Of a DNA stretch of 11,111 nt, positions 1 through 7,641 are shown one piece after another. Below the pieces are notes generated by a model that was given only the letters and a program-made list of their open reading frames with translations, searched no databases and was not told the origin of the DNA. The position numbers and the translations under genes were made by a program. Source of the stretch: Bdellovibrionales bacterium (GTDB lineage: Bacteria > Bdellovibrionota > UBA1018 > CAIMNF01); NCBI GenBank assembly GCA_040380025.1, contig JBEIJY010000043.1, forward strand, positions 1 through 11,111, written 5' to 3'. Each line of letters opens with the position of its first letter. The first letter of the stretch is position 1.

Positions 1-446
1 GCCGAAAAAGTTTTGGACCGCGACAGAGTGTCGGTCCAGAGTTGTTTCCCGGTTTTCTTTTGAACAAGCTCGAAGGACAACCCGAGCGAAACCAGATACG
101 CCGATGCGATCTGGACATTCGAGGGACCGGTCCCGATCGGCGCGATCTGATCGGTGGTGGTGATCCCCGAGGGACCGTACGAGGCCTGTTGGACCGATGC
201 CGAGAGCTCGGCATCGGCGCGATCCGGCGAATCGACAATCCGGACGTATCCGCCCTGCGCGACCCGCTTGCGAAGGGCATTGTAGACGAGAATCTCGACC
301 CCGGCCTTGAAGGAGTTGTTCTTCACGGGCGAAACGTAAATCGTCCGGATTTCATGGTTCTCGAAGAAATAACGGGTGTTGCCCCGGAGCGTATAACCGC
401 AGGACGAAACGAGGCCCAGCATCGGAAGCAAAAAAAACCAGCGCAT
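1..446 (-). CDS. lptE: LPS assembly lipoprotein LptE family (partial; 3' end runs off the window)
   Basis: Translated by hand from ATG at 446 (not in the ORF track): MRWFFLLPMLGLVSSCGYTLRGNTRYFFENHEIRTIYVSPVKNNSFKAGVEILVYNALRKR...ADAELSASV...LSFELVQKKTGKQLWTDTLSRSKTFS. It has a lipoprotein signal (VSS-C) followed by GY-x-L-RG, then 'IYVSPVKN', 'ADAEL' and 'TGKQLW', all typical of LptE. The frame is open to the window edge. Confidence 0.85.
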   Translation of the reverse strand, partial: MRWFFLLPMLGLVSSCGYTLRGNTRYFFENHEIRTIYVSPVKNNSFKAGVEILVYNALRKRVAQGGYVRIVDSPDRADAELSASVQQASYGPSGITTTDQIAPIGTGPSNVQIASAYLVSLGLSFELVQKKTGKQLWTDTLSRSKTFS

Positions 447-455
447 TTCGGACTG

Positions 456-488
456 ATTTTGACAAAACTGTACCGGTTTGCCAAGACT
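456..488. promoter_or_regulatory. Putative overlapping divergent sigma70-type promoters for lptE and the DUF721 gene
   Basis: Minus strand: TTGGCA (484-479), 17 nt, CAAAAT (461-456), with an extended TG at 464-463. Plus strand: TTGACA (459-464), 18 nt, weak -10 AAGACT (483-488). Confidence 0.45.
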
Positions 489-498
489 GAAGCTTTCT

Positions 499-864
499 AT
501 GAACCTTCTGGGCGAAGTCCTACGACGCATCATCTCGAAAAACCGCGATCTTGGACAGGGCGTCCACGAGGCGCGGATTCTTGGGCTCTGGGCGCAGGCG
601 ATGGGAGACTCGATCGCCCGTCATTCGCGCGCCACCCACCTGAAGGGCTCCACCCTGTATGTCTCGGTCGACCACCCGGTCTGGAGACAGGAACTCCATT
701 CGAACAAGCTTCTTGCCCTGCAAAAGCTGAACAAAGTCTTGTTTGAAGCCTTGGGAAAGCCGGAGCAGAGGGAGTTCTGGATCGAGGAGATCTTTTTTTC
801 GGGATCGGGCGTCACTGCGAACGCGAACTCATCCAGAGGATCGCGAAAACCGCCCAAAAAATAA
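499..864 (+). CDS. dciA: DUF721 / DciA-family protein (replicative helicase loader-like)
   Basis: MNLLGEVL...LWAQAMGDSIARHSRATHLKGSTLYVSVDHPVWRQEL...LQKLN matches the DUF721 pattern (W..i.G..ia....p..l....L.v.v....w..eL) and ends in a basic, low-complexity tail. ATG at 499 is preferred; TTG at 478 is an alternative start. Confidence 0.8.
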   Translation: MNLLGEVLRRIISKNRDLGQGVHEARILGLWAQAMGDSIARHSRATHLKGSTLYVSVDHPVWRQELHSNKLLALQKLNKVLFEALGKPEQREFWIEEIFFSGSGVTANANSSRGSRKPPKK

Positions 865-1162
865 AAAACAGCAGGGCCCAAAACCGCTTCTGCGGCGCGC
901 CTTTCTTTCCGCGCCCCTCTACCTCGCGGGTCACATCGACCGGGCCCGCGACGCTGACCGAGCGACTCTCGCCCGGAAGCCGCACCTCTCCCAGGAACTT
1001 TCGAAGCTCTTCGGAATCTCCGATCGGGAACCAGTAGCCGCCGCTCGGGCAAATCTCGTCGCCGGGACCGATCTCGCCCGATTCGATCCGTGCCTTCAAA
1101 ACCGATTCCAGTAGCGGACGGGAGCAAACATCATTTTGATTCCGGACCATCCACATCCGCAT
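812..1162 (-). CDS. Small membrane-anchored hypothetical protein with a GYF_2/DUF4339-like N-terminal domain
   Basis: N-terminal W-x-V...P.....L...I..G.I...DEIC.SGGYW resembles GYF_2 domains. There is a C-terminal TM helix (FWALLFFIFWAVFAILW) preceded by basic residues. The start overlaps the upstream stop (TGATG at 1164-1160) and follows a GGAGG RBS. Confidence 0.65.
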   Translation of the reverse strand: MRMWMVRNQNDVCSRPLLESVLKARIESGEIGPGDEICPSGGYWFPIGDSEELRKFLGEVRLPGESRSVSVAGPVDVTREVEGRGKKGAPQKRFWALLFFIFWAVFAILWMSSRSQ

Positions 1163-1953
1163 CAGGCTTCGCCTCCGGATGCGGCCACAGCAAGCGATTG
1201 GAACGATTTGAGATCGGCATCAAGAAACTTACGAATCTGCGGATGGGAGGACTTCATGAATCCCGCGCGATCCCCTTGGTAGGCGACCGTCCCCTGATCG
1301 AGAAAGACGATCTTGTCGGCAAGGCGGAGCGCCGAGGGAATGTCGTGCGAGATCACGACCGAGGTGAGCTTCAATTCGGATTTGATCTTCTCGATCAGCT
1401 CGTCCACGGTGATCCTCGTGTAAGGGTCGAGTCCTGTTGTCGGCTCGTCATACAGCAAAATTTCGGGCTTTCGCACGATGGCGCGCGCGATCCCGACCCG
1501 CTTTCGCATCCCGCCCGAAATCTCATTCGGGAATTTGTCATACGGTCCGTTCATTCCGAGCGATTTCAAAACGGAAGTCACCTCTTCGGTGATCCGCTCC
1601 TCGCTGAAATCGGTGTGCTCGCGGAGCGGAAACGCGACGTTTTCGAACACGGTCATGTCGTCAAAAAGCGCCGAGTTCTGGAACACCATTCCGAATTTTT
1701 CGCGAAAGGCGACCTTTTCGGATTCCTTCATATGGGAAAGATTCCGGCCCAGAACCGTGATTTCCCCCTGATCCGGGGTCAAAAGCCCGAGAATGTGCTT
1801 CAAGGTGACGGATTTGCCGGTACCGGAAGGCCCGAGAATGTAGGTGAGCTTTCCGCGCTCGAAGTCGATGCTGACTCCGCGAAGAATCCGGTCCCGGCCG
1901 CCGCGAAAGGATTTGTGAACTTCGTTCAGCCGGATGGCCACATCATGATTCAT
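1162..1953 (-). CDS. mlaF: MlaF/Mkl-type ABC transporter ATP-binding protein
   Basis: Walker A GPSGTGKS, Q-loop GMVFQNSALFDDMTVFENVAFPLREH, signature ISGGMRKRVGIARA, Walker B LLYDEPTTGLDP and H-loop ISHD. The likely start is MNHDV at 1953 (GGAG upstream, 11-nt overlap with the alr end), not 2064. Confidence 0.9.
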   Translation of the reverse strand: MNHDVAIRLNEVHKSFRGGRDRILRGVSIDFERGKLTYILGPSGTGKSVTLKHILGLLTPDQGEITVLGRNLSHMKESEKVAFREKFGMVFQNSALFDDMTVFENVAFPLREHTDFSEERITEEVTSVLKSLGMNGPYDKFPNEISGGMRKRVGIARAIVRKPEILLYDEPTTGLDPYTRITVDELIEKIKSELKLTSVVISHDIPSALRLADKIVFLDQGTVAYQGDRAGFMKSSHPQIRKFLDADLKSFQSLAVAASGGEA

Positions 1954-3040
1954 ACACCCGCTCCACACGGGGTCCGACCCGCGTTGTGATTTCGTAGGGA
2001 ACTGTTCCGGCCAGCCCGGCTTGTTCGTAGGGGTCGACCCGGTCGCCCCAGAGCTCGAGCTCATCGCCGATGCGCATCCGCGCGCTCCCTTCGACGGCCG
2101 AGAGATCCATGCTCACCCGGCCCCGGAACACTACCTTCTTCGTTCCGTGGTAGGCAACTCCCCGGTTGCCCAAGGCCCTGAAAATCCCGTCCGCATAGCC
2201 ACCGCCCAGGATCGAGATCCACTCGCCTCCGGGACGGGAACAGCGATACGTGCCGGCATACCCGACGCGATCCCCGTAATTCAAACGAATGCGGTTTACG
2301 ATTCGTGCCTTGAACGTCATCACCCGGCGAAGGCCGTCATTCTTCGCCTCTTCAAAGGGCCGCACTCCATAGAGCGAAAGCCCGGGGCGTGCGAGATCCA
2401 TCTCACGCAGCAGGGGGAAACGGGCGTGATTCCAGATGGCCGCGCTATTGGCGAAATGGAGGAGCGCCCGGGGAAACCGCGCGCGCACCTCGGCCGCCAC
2501 AGATGCAAAGGACTTCAGCTGCTTGCGCGTGAGGGAATCCTCCGGCGAATCCGCCTGGGCGAGATGGGTAAAGACGGAGCGCGGATAAAAGCGGACCAGC
2601 GGGAGGGATTCCGCGGGAATTCCCATGCGGTTCATTCCCGTGTTCACCTCGACATGCGCAGAAATGCGGGAGGAGGCGGGCCGGGACTGGAACTCGAGCA
2701 AGCTCAGGATTTCGGAAAACACCGGTTCAAGACCATGCTTTATGCAGAGCTTCAGGCGCTCCTCGGTCCAAGGCACGGAATCCGAGAACACGAGGATCGG
2801 AGTGCGCGCGCCCGGAAGCCCCTTTCGGAGTTCGATGGCTTCGGCAAAGGTCGCAACACCAAAGCCAAAGAGATTCCGCTCTTTCAGGAGGGCTTTCGCC
2901 GCGAACACCGACCCGTGCCCGTAGGCATCGGCCTTGACCATCGGGAGCAGTTGAAGATGAGGGGCTTTTTTGGAAAGAATCCGATAATTCGAATGAAGCG
3001 CGCTTGCAGATAGCAGAATCCGGGAGCGGGAGGAAATCAT
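1943..3040 (-). CDS. alr: Alanine racemase
   Basis: PLP-binding VKADAYGHG, GVAT..EA..LR, TGMNRMG, THLAQAD, HFANSAA, RPGLSLYG, VGY (catalytic Tyr), GYADG, GRVSMD and GTVPYEI motifs. Confidence 0.96.
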   Translation of the reverse strand: MISSRSRILLSASALHSNYRILSKKAPHLQLLPMVKADAYGHGSVFAAKALLKERNLFGFGVATFAEAIELRKGLPGARTPILVFSDSVPWTEERLKLCIKHGLEPVFSEILSLLEFQSRPASSRISAHVEVNTGMNRMGIPAESLPLVRFYPRSVFTHLAQADSPEDSLTRKQLKSFASVAAEVRARFPRALLHFANSAAIWNHARFPLLREMDLARPGLSLYGVRPFEEAKNDGLRRVMTFKARIVNRIRLNYGDRVGYAGTYRCSRPGGEWISILGGGYADGIFRALGNRGVAYHGTKKVVFRGRVSMDLSAVEGSARMRIGDELELWGDRVDPYEQAGLAGTVPYEITTRVGPRVERVYES

Positions 3041-4710
3041 GCGGGATCAGGACTCTTCGTGATTCCAAGCCCCGGAAACGCACCCAAGGATACGCCCTTC
3101 GGTTGCAGACGATTGCCTTGGGCGTAAAGATAATTTCCCGCCTCTTTGATGGTCCGGCCGAGCAAAGCGCGTCGGCCGGCATCGAAGCTACCCGGCTCGA
3201 TCAGGAGAAGCACTCCGACCAACCGGGACTGACCACTGACCTCGGGGGTCGAGGTGACGGCCCAGGCCTCGTAGGTTTTTCCGCGAAAATCATCCTGCAC
3301 CATTTTTTTGATCGGCGCATAGTGGGTGATCGACGCAACCTTGCCCGCATCGGACAACTGCTCCACCTGGAGCTCGATGTCTTTTCGAACATATATCTGG
3401 TGCGAGCGAGAAGACTCGGCAGTCACTCCCCCGCTTTGCGCGCCAGGGGAGAGATTCTGCGTGCTTCGCTGGTAACGGAAAAACACCGCCCCGCCCGGCG
3501 AGAAGTCCGAAGCACAAAACGCCACCAGTTCTCGCTCCAGGAGCTCGCGGGAGCGGATGCCCGCAATGCGCTCCAAAAACGAGGCGGGTTCGGAAGAGAC
3601 GGAACTGCCCGCAGCGCCGGCAACCGATCCGAGTTCGCGTGCGATCTCCCGGTTCTGCCGCCGCTCCGAATCGAGACCATCGAGGCTCTTCAAGAAATCG
3701 CCTGTCGAATCAGAGACGGCCGAAGGAAGCGGGACTTCATCGTGGCGGTCTGCCCGGTCTTTGCGCGCCTTTTCGAGCTCGTTTCGGACTCCTCGCGAAG
3801 CCCAAGAGCTCAAGACCGCAAAAAGAAGAAGGGCTACGGCCATGAGCAAGAAGGCAACGCCGATGTTCCGCCGTGCGGCCCCGGATGCAAATTGTTCCCG
3901 CATCCATTCGGCCGAAAGCACCGCCGAGGGGGCCTTCTGTTCGACCGCGAATGCAAAAGGAAGGACTCCCGCTCGCACGAGAGCCAGCGACTCGCGCGTC
4001 CCGTCCACTTGGGTGTATCGAAGAACCGCGCCCGTACCGGCCCCGAGAAAAAGGTTCTCGATCGCATCGCGGAGTCCCTCGAGACGACGAAGGTCGGTGC
4101 CGACGAACGCCGGCACGGAATGAGCGAGGATCCGACCACTCCGATGCAAAAGAAATCCGGCCTGGTTGGAGGAAGACATTTTTTCGAGTCCCGGAAAGGC
4201 CTTCACCGGATCCAGCACCGTGAGCCTCACCTTATCGAGATTTTCTTCATTTCCCGATCCCTGACCCCCGTTTCGAAGCACGGGTTCCGCGATGAACATT
4301 CCGAGCTTACGAGCGGCGTTCGGGTGCTCGATCATTCCGAGCGCGGGCTTTCCGAGACGGAGATCCTGGACGAGGACCTGCTCTTTCATGGCAGAAGTCA
4401 GACGCTCCTCGAGTTCCGGGTCTTCCGAGGAGAACGACTCGAATGCGGAGGGACTGCCGTCTTTGTACTTCACCAAAGCGGTTTCAAGCACATACGAGGG
4501 AATGGCATCTTTGTTGGCGCCGGCATGCTTGAGCGTTTCGAGAACCGAATAAAACTGATCGACCAGAAGCGAGGCCTGGGATTTCAGGGTCGCATTGGTT
4601 CGCAAAACCTCTTCGTCTTGGCTTGATTTCAGCGTCGAAATCGTCACGAGACCGCCGGCCCCCAGACCGATCATCCCGGTCAAAAAAATCGCAATCCTCG
4701 CCAATTTCAT
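3037..4710 (-). CDS. Membrane sensor-like protein: TM - Cache-like extracytoplasmic domain - TM - cytoplasmic GAF-like domain
   Basis: N-terminal hydrophobic helix; Cache-like segment GFLLHRSGRILAHS..FVGTDL; second TM IGVAFLLMAVALLLFAVL; C-terminal GAF-like pattern (AVFFRY...LVGVLLL.....F....RALL). GGGGAG RBS; ATGA overlap with alr. Confidence 0.65.
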   Translation of the reverse strand: MKLARIAIFLTGMIGLGAGGLVTISTLKSSQDEEVLRTNATLKSQASLLVDQFYSVLETLKHAGANKDAIPSYVLETALVKYKDGSPSAFESFSSEDPELEERLTSAMKEQVLVQDLRLGKPALGMIEHPNAARKLGMFIAEPVLRNGGQGSGNEENLDKVRLTVLDPVKAFPGLEKMSSSNQAGFLLHRSGRILAHSVPAFVGTDLRRLEGLRDAIENLFLGAGTGAVLRYTQVDGTRESLALVRAGVLPFAFAVEQKAPSAVLSAEWMREQFASGAARRNIGVAFLLMAVALLLFAVLSSWASRGVRNELEKARKDRADRHDEVPLPSAVSDSTGDFLKSLDGLDSERRQNREIARELGSVAGAAGSSVSSEPASFLERIAGIRSRELLERELVAFCASDFSPGGAVFFRYQRSTQNLSPGAQSGGVTAESSRSHQIYVRKDIELQVEQLSDAGKVASITHYAPIKKMVQDDFRGKTYEAWAVTSTPEVSGQSRLVGVLLLIEPGSFDAGRRALLGRTIKEAGNYLYAQGNRLQPKGVSLGAFPGLGITKSPDPA

Positions 4711-4731
4711 GCTACTTTCTCCCCGCCCTCG

Positions 4732-4759
4732 ATTTTAACACACGGGACCAATATGGCAA
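4732..4759 (-). promoter_or_regulatory. Putative sigma70 promoter for the sensor-alr-mlaF operon
   Basis: Minus strand: TTGCCA (4759-4754), 16 nt, TAAAAT (4737-4732), with an extended TG at 4740-4739. It sits just upstream of the GGGGAG RBS. Confidence 0.5.
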
Positions 4760-6357
4760 CTGATCCTCCAAAAGTTCTGATCTTAGGCTCCGGAATCGCG
4801 GGACTTTCTGCCGCGATCCATTTCTCGGAATTCAGCGATGTCATTTTATTGGCGAAGGCATCGCTCGACGAAGGCAACACCCGCTATGCGCAGGGCGGGA
4901 TCGCAAGCGTCTGGTCGAGTGAGGATTCCTTCACCGAACACAAGAACGACACGCTCGTGGCGGGCGCAGGACTCTGCCGGGAATCGATTGTGGACCTCTG
5001 CATACAGGAAGGTCCGGATCGGGTGCGCGAATTGATTTCGTGGGGAGTCGAGTTCACCCGCGACCCGGCTTCGCCCGACGACTATGACCTGCATCGCGAG
5101 GGCGGTCATCACCAGCGGCGCATTCTCCATGCCCATGACTTCACCGGACTTGCGATCGAAGAGGCTTTGATCCGAAAAATCCGCTCGATCCCGAGAATCC
5201 GCACCCTCGAGCACCATATGGCGATCGATTTGATCATGGAGGGAAAGCTGAACCCCTCCCCCCACCAAAAAAGCCTCGGACGCTGTGAGGGCGCCTATGT
5301 TTTGGACACCAGGACGAACCAGATTTTTCCGCTGGCGGCGGACCTGACCGTGATCGCCTCGGGGGGCGCGGGAAAGGTGTATTTGTACACCTCGAACCCC
5401 GATGTTGCGACCGGAGACGGCATCGCCATGGCCTACCGCGCGGGAGCGCGCGTGGCGAACCTCGAGTTCATGCAGTTCCATCCGACCTGCCTGTACCATC
5501 CCGACGCGAAGAACTTTCTGATCACCGAGGCGCTTCGCGGCGAAGGCGGGGTTCTGCGCACCCTCGAGGGCAAGGACTTCATGCCCGAATTCCACGAGAT
5601 GGGTTCGCTCGCTCCCCGCTACGCGGTTTCGCAAGCCATCGACATCGAGCTGAAACGCTCGGGCGCGCCCCATGTGTGGCTCGACATCTCGCACATGAGC
5701 GAGGAGGAGTTCTCGACGAAGTTTCCGCAAGTGCATTCGGCCTGCAAAAAATTCGGAATCGATGCTCCGAAGGCGCCGATTCCCGTGGTGCCGGCCGCCC
5801 ATTATTTGTGCGGAGGCGTCTTGACCGATGAATGGGGACAAACCACGGTGCCGGGACTTCTTGCGATCGGCGAATCGGCATGCACGGGACTGCACGGCGC
5901 GAACCGCCTCGCCTCGAATTCCCTGCTCGAGGCGGCGGTGTTCGCCAGCCGGGCCGCAAGGAAGGCCCGCGACACTTTGACGGCGCACCGGCTTCCGAAG
6001 CCGCCGCGATCTTTGCCCGCGTGGGAGTTCGGTCGCGCGGTGGATCTCGAGGAGCAAATCGACATCGCCGCCACCTGGCGCGAGATCCGCACCCTGATGT
6101 GGAACTATGTGGGGATTGTCCGGAGCGACCGGAGGCTCAAGCGCGCCCGCGAGAGGCTCTCACTCCTTCGGCACGAGGTGAATTCGGATTACTGGAAGTT
6201 CAAGGTGAACCGCGATCTGATCGAGCTCCGGAACCTGCTCACGGTCGCCGAACTGATCGTGGAATGCGCGCTTCGCAGAAAAGAAAGCCGCGGCCTTCAT
6301 TACAATGTCGATTACCCAGAAACCGTGCCCATCGAAGAGCGGGATACCGTCATTTGA
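4753..6357 (+). CDS. nadB: L-aspartate oxidase
   Basis: FAD-binding ILGSGIAGL, NTRYAQGGIA, REGGH..RRILH, TSNP..ATGDGIAMA, EFMQFHPT, LITEALRGEG, PAAHYLCGG, GLHGANRLASNSLLE and RKESRGLHY motifs; 534 aa. Confidence 0.96.
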   Translation: MATDPPKVLILGSGIAGLSAAIHFSEFSDVILLAKASLDEGNTRYAQGGIASVWSSEDSFTEHKNDTLVAGAGLCRESIVDLCIQEGPDRVRELISWGVEFTRDPASPDDYDLHREGGHHQRRILHAHDFTGLAIEEALIRKIRSIPRIRTLEHHMAIDLIMEGKLNPSPHQKSLGRCEGAYVLDTRTNQIFPLAADLTVIASGGAGKVYLYTSNPDVATGDGIAMAYRAGARVANLEFMQFHPTCLYHPDAKNFLITEALRGEGGVLRTLEGKDFMPEFHEMGSLAPRYAVSQAIDIELKRSGAPHVWLDISHMSEEEFSTKFPQVHSACKKFGIDAPKAPIPVVPAAHYLCGGVLTDEWGQTTVPGLLAIGESACTGLHGANRLASNSLLEAAVFASRAARKARDTLTAHRLPKPPRSLPAWEFGRAVDLEEQIDIAATWREIRTLMWNYVGIVRSDRRLKRARERLSLLRHEVNSDYWKFKVNRDLIELRNLLTVAELIVECALRRKESRGLHYNVDYPETVPIEERDTVI

Positions 6358-6381
6358 AGACCGCGGCGGGAGATACCGGAA

Positions 6382-7641
6382 TCACCAGCCGCGAGCGCAA
6401 GACCACTTCTGATTCGAGTTCTTGATCGCCACATGGTCACTGACCCGAATTGCTTCTAAATTGCTTTCATTTAAATGGCGCATGATCCGCTCGGAGGCGA
6501 TGACCGACTGCTTGTGCGTGTCATGGAACAGAATGATTCCCCGACCGAGACTCCGCATCTGGAGCCGCGTGCGGTTCTCGATTCCGTCCGGGTCTTTGTC
6601 TTTCCAGTCGAGGGTGTCGACGTTCCAGAACACATGCACCACGCAGGACTTCACCAAATCGGCCCGCACCGCCGGGGTTGAGGTCCCGGCCCCATACGGA
6701 AGCCGGAAGAATCCGGGCCTCGATTGCGTCACCGAACCGAGAATCGAGATCGCATCCTCGATTTGGTGCCTGCGATCTTCGGCCCCGAGTGCCGTGATTT
6801 TTGCATGATTGTAGGAGTGGGACACGACATCGTGGCCCTCTTGCAACTGGCGGAGCGCCAGGGCCCGCGCCACCGGGGATCGCTGCAGGGGCTCGGATAA
6901 GATGAAAAACGAAGCCTTGAGATTGTGCTTTTTTAGATTGTCGAGGACCACTCCGGTCGTCGCCGGCAAGGGACCGTCATCGAAGGTAAGCGACCAGGTT
7001 CCGGGCTCGTAGCCGTTGCCGGTGAGATTCCCGGCAGAGGTGACCGAGGGAAAGATGGGAATCGTCTGGTCGTGTGGCGCACCATCAACCTCTTCGGCCG
7101 CAGAGACCAAAGTGAGCCGGAGCTTCCGCGCCTCGCTCTCGAGCCATGCCCTTCGGGCCGCAAGAGAGCGTGTTTCGAGACCCGGAAGAGCGCCCGCACG
7201 GAACTGCGCCCGCCACTCGCGGAGGTTCCGCAGCTCATCTTCGGAGGAATCAGTCGAGAAAAAATCACTGAGCGCGATTCTCGCGGTCCGCGTCTCGAGC
7301 AGGCGGGACCGGGCACCGCGAAGATCCGAGAACACGCCGGAGGTCTTTCGAAGCTCGAGCTCGTGCTCGAGTTCTTCGTGCAAAGCCCGAAGCGCGAGAA
7401 GCTTCGGATACACAAGCGAGCGATCATCGCGAATGAGATCGGGAACCGTGCGTCCCCGTGCCACGAGTTCGTCGAACCGGGGCAGGAGTTCTTCAGAGAG
7501 CACGAACACCTCGGTCAGTGCTTCTGCAAGACTCTCATTGTTTTGATTTTGAATCGAAAGTGCTGACTGAGGCGTCTGCACAGATGCGGTAGATGCCAGC
7601 GAACCCAAAGAAACCGACACAACGAAAGCAAGAACTCTCAT
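6382..7641 (-). CDS. Secreted polysaccharide (peptidoglycan GlcNAc-type) deacetylase, CE4/NodB domain with a helical N-terminal extension
   Basis: All five CE4 motifs are present: LTFDDGP, HSYNH, FRLPYG, WNVDTLDW and IILFHD. The start MRVLAF at 7641 follows a GGGGAGG RBS and begins a signal-peptide-like segment; the ORF track start at 7674 is less likely. Confidence 0.88.
   Translation of the reverse strand: MRVLAFVVSVSLGSLASTASVQTPQSALSIQNQNNESLAEALTEVFVLSEELLPRFDELVARGRTVPDLIRDDRSLVYPKLLALRALHEELEHELELRKTSGVFSDLRGARSRLLETRTARIALSDFFSTDSSEDELRNLREWRAQFRAGALPGLETRSLAARRAWLESEARKLRLTLVSAAEEVDGAPHDQTIPIFPSVTSAGNLTGNGYEPGTWSLTFDDGPLPATTGVVLDNLKKHNLKASFFILSEPLQRSPVARALALRQLQEGHDVVSHSYNHAKITALGAEDRRHQIEDAISILGSVTQSRPGFFRLPYGAGTSTPAVRADLVKSCVVHVFWNVDTLDWKDKDPDGIENRTRLQMRSLGRGIILFHDTHKQSVIASERIMRHLNESNLEAIRVSDHVAIKNSNQKWSCARGW

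Noticed and set aside
42..746. 234-aa plus-strand ORF
   Set aside because: It is the antisense shadow of lptE running out of frame into dciA, with no recognisable motifs.
1954..2064. 37-aa N-terminal extension of MlaF in the ORF track
   Set aside because: It lies within the conserved alr C-terminus. ATG 1953 has an RBS and gives a normal-length ATPase.
1090..4626. Long plus-strand ORFs 1090-1989, 2021-3013 and 3004-4626
   Set aside because: They mirror mlaF, alr and the sensor gene almost end to end. Stop-poor antisense frames are expected with high-GC codon usage, and they show no family motifs.
4846..6057. 403-aa minus-strand ORF and other nested ORFs within nadB
   Set aside because: These are antisense or alternative-frame shadows of a clearly conserved gene.
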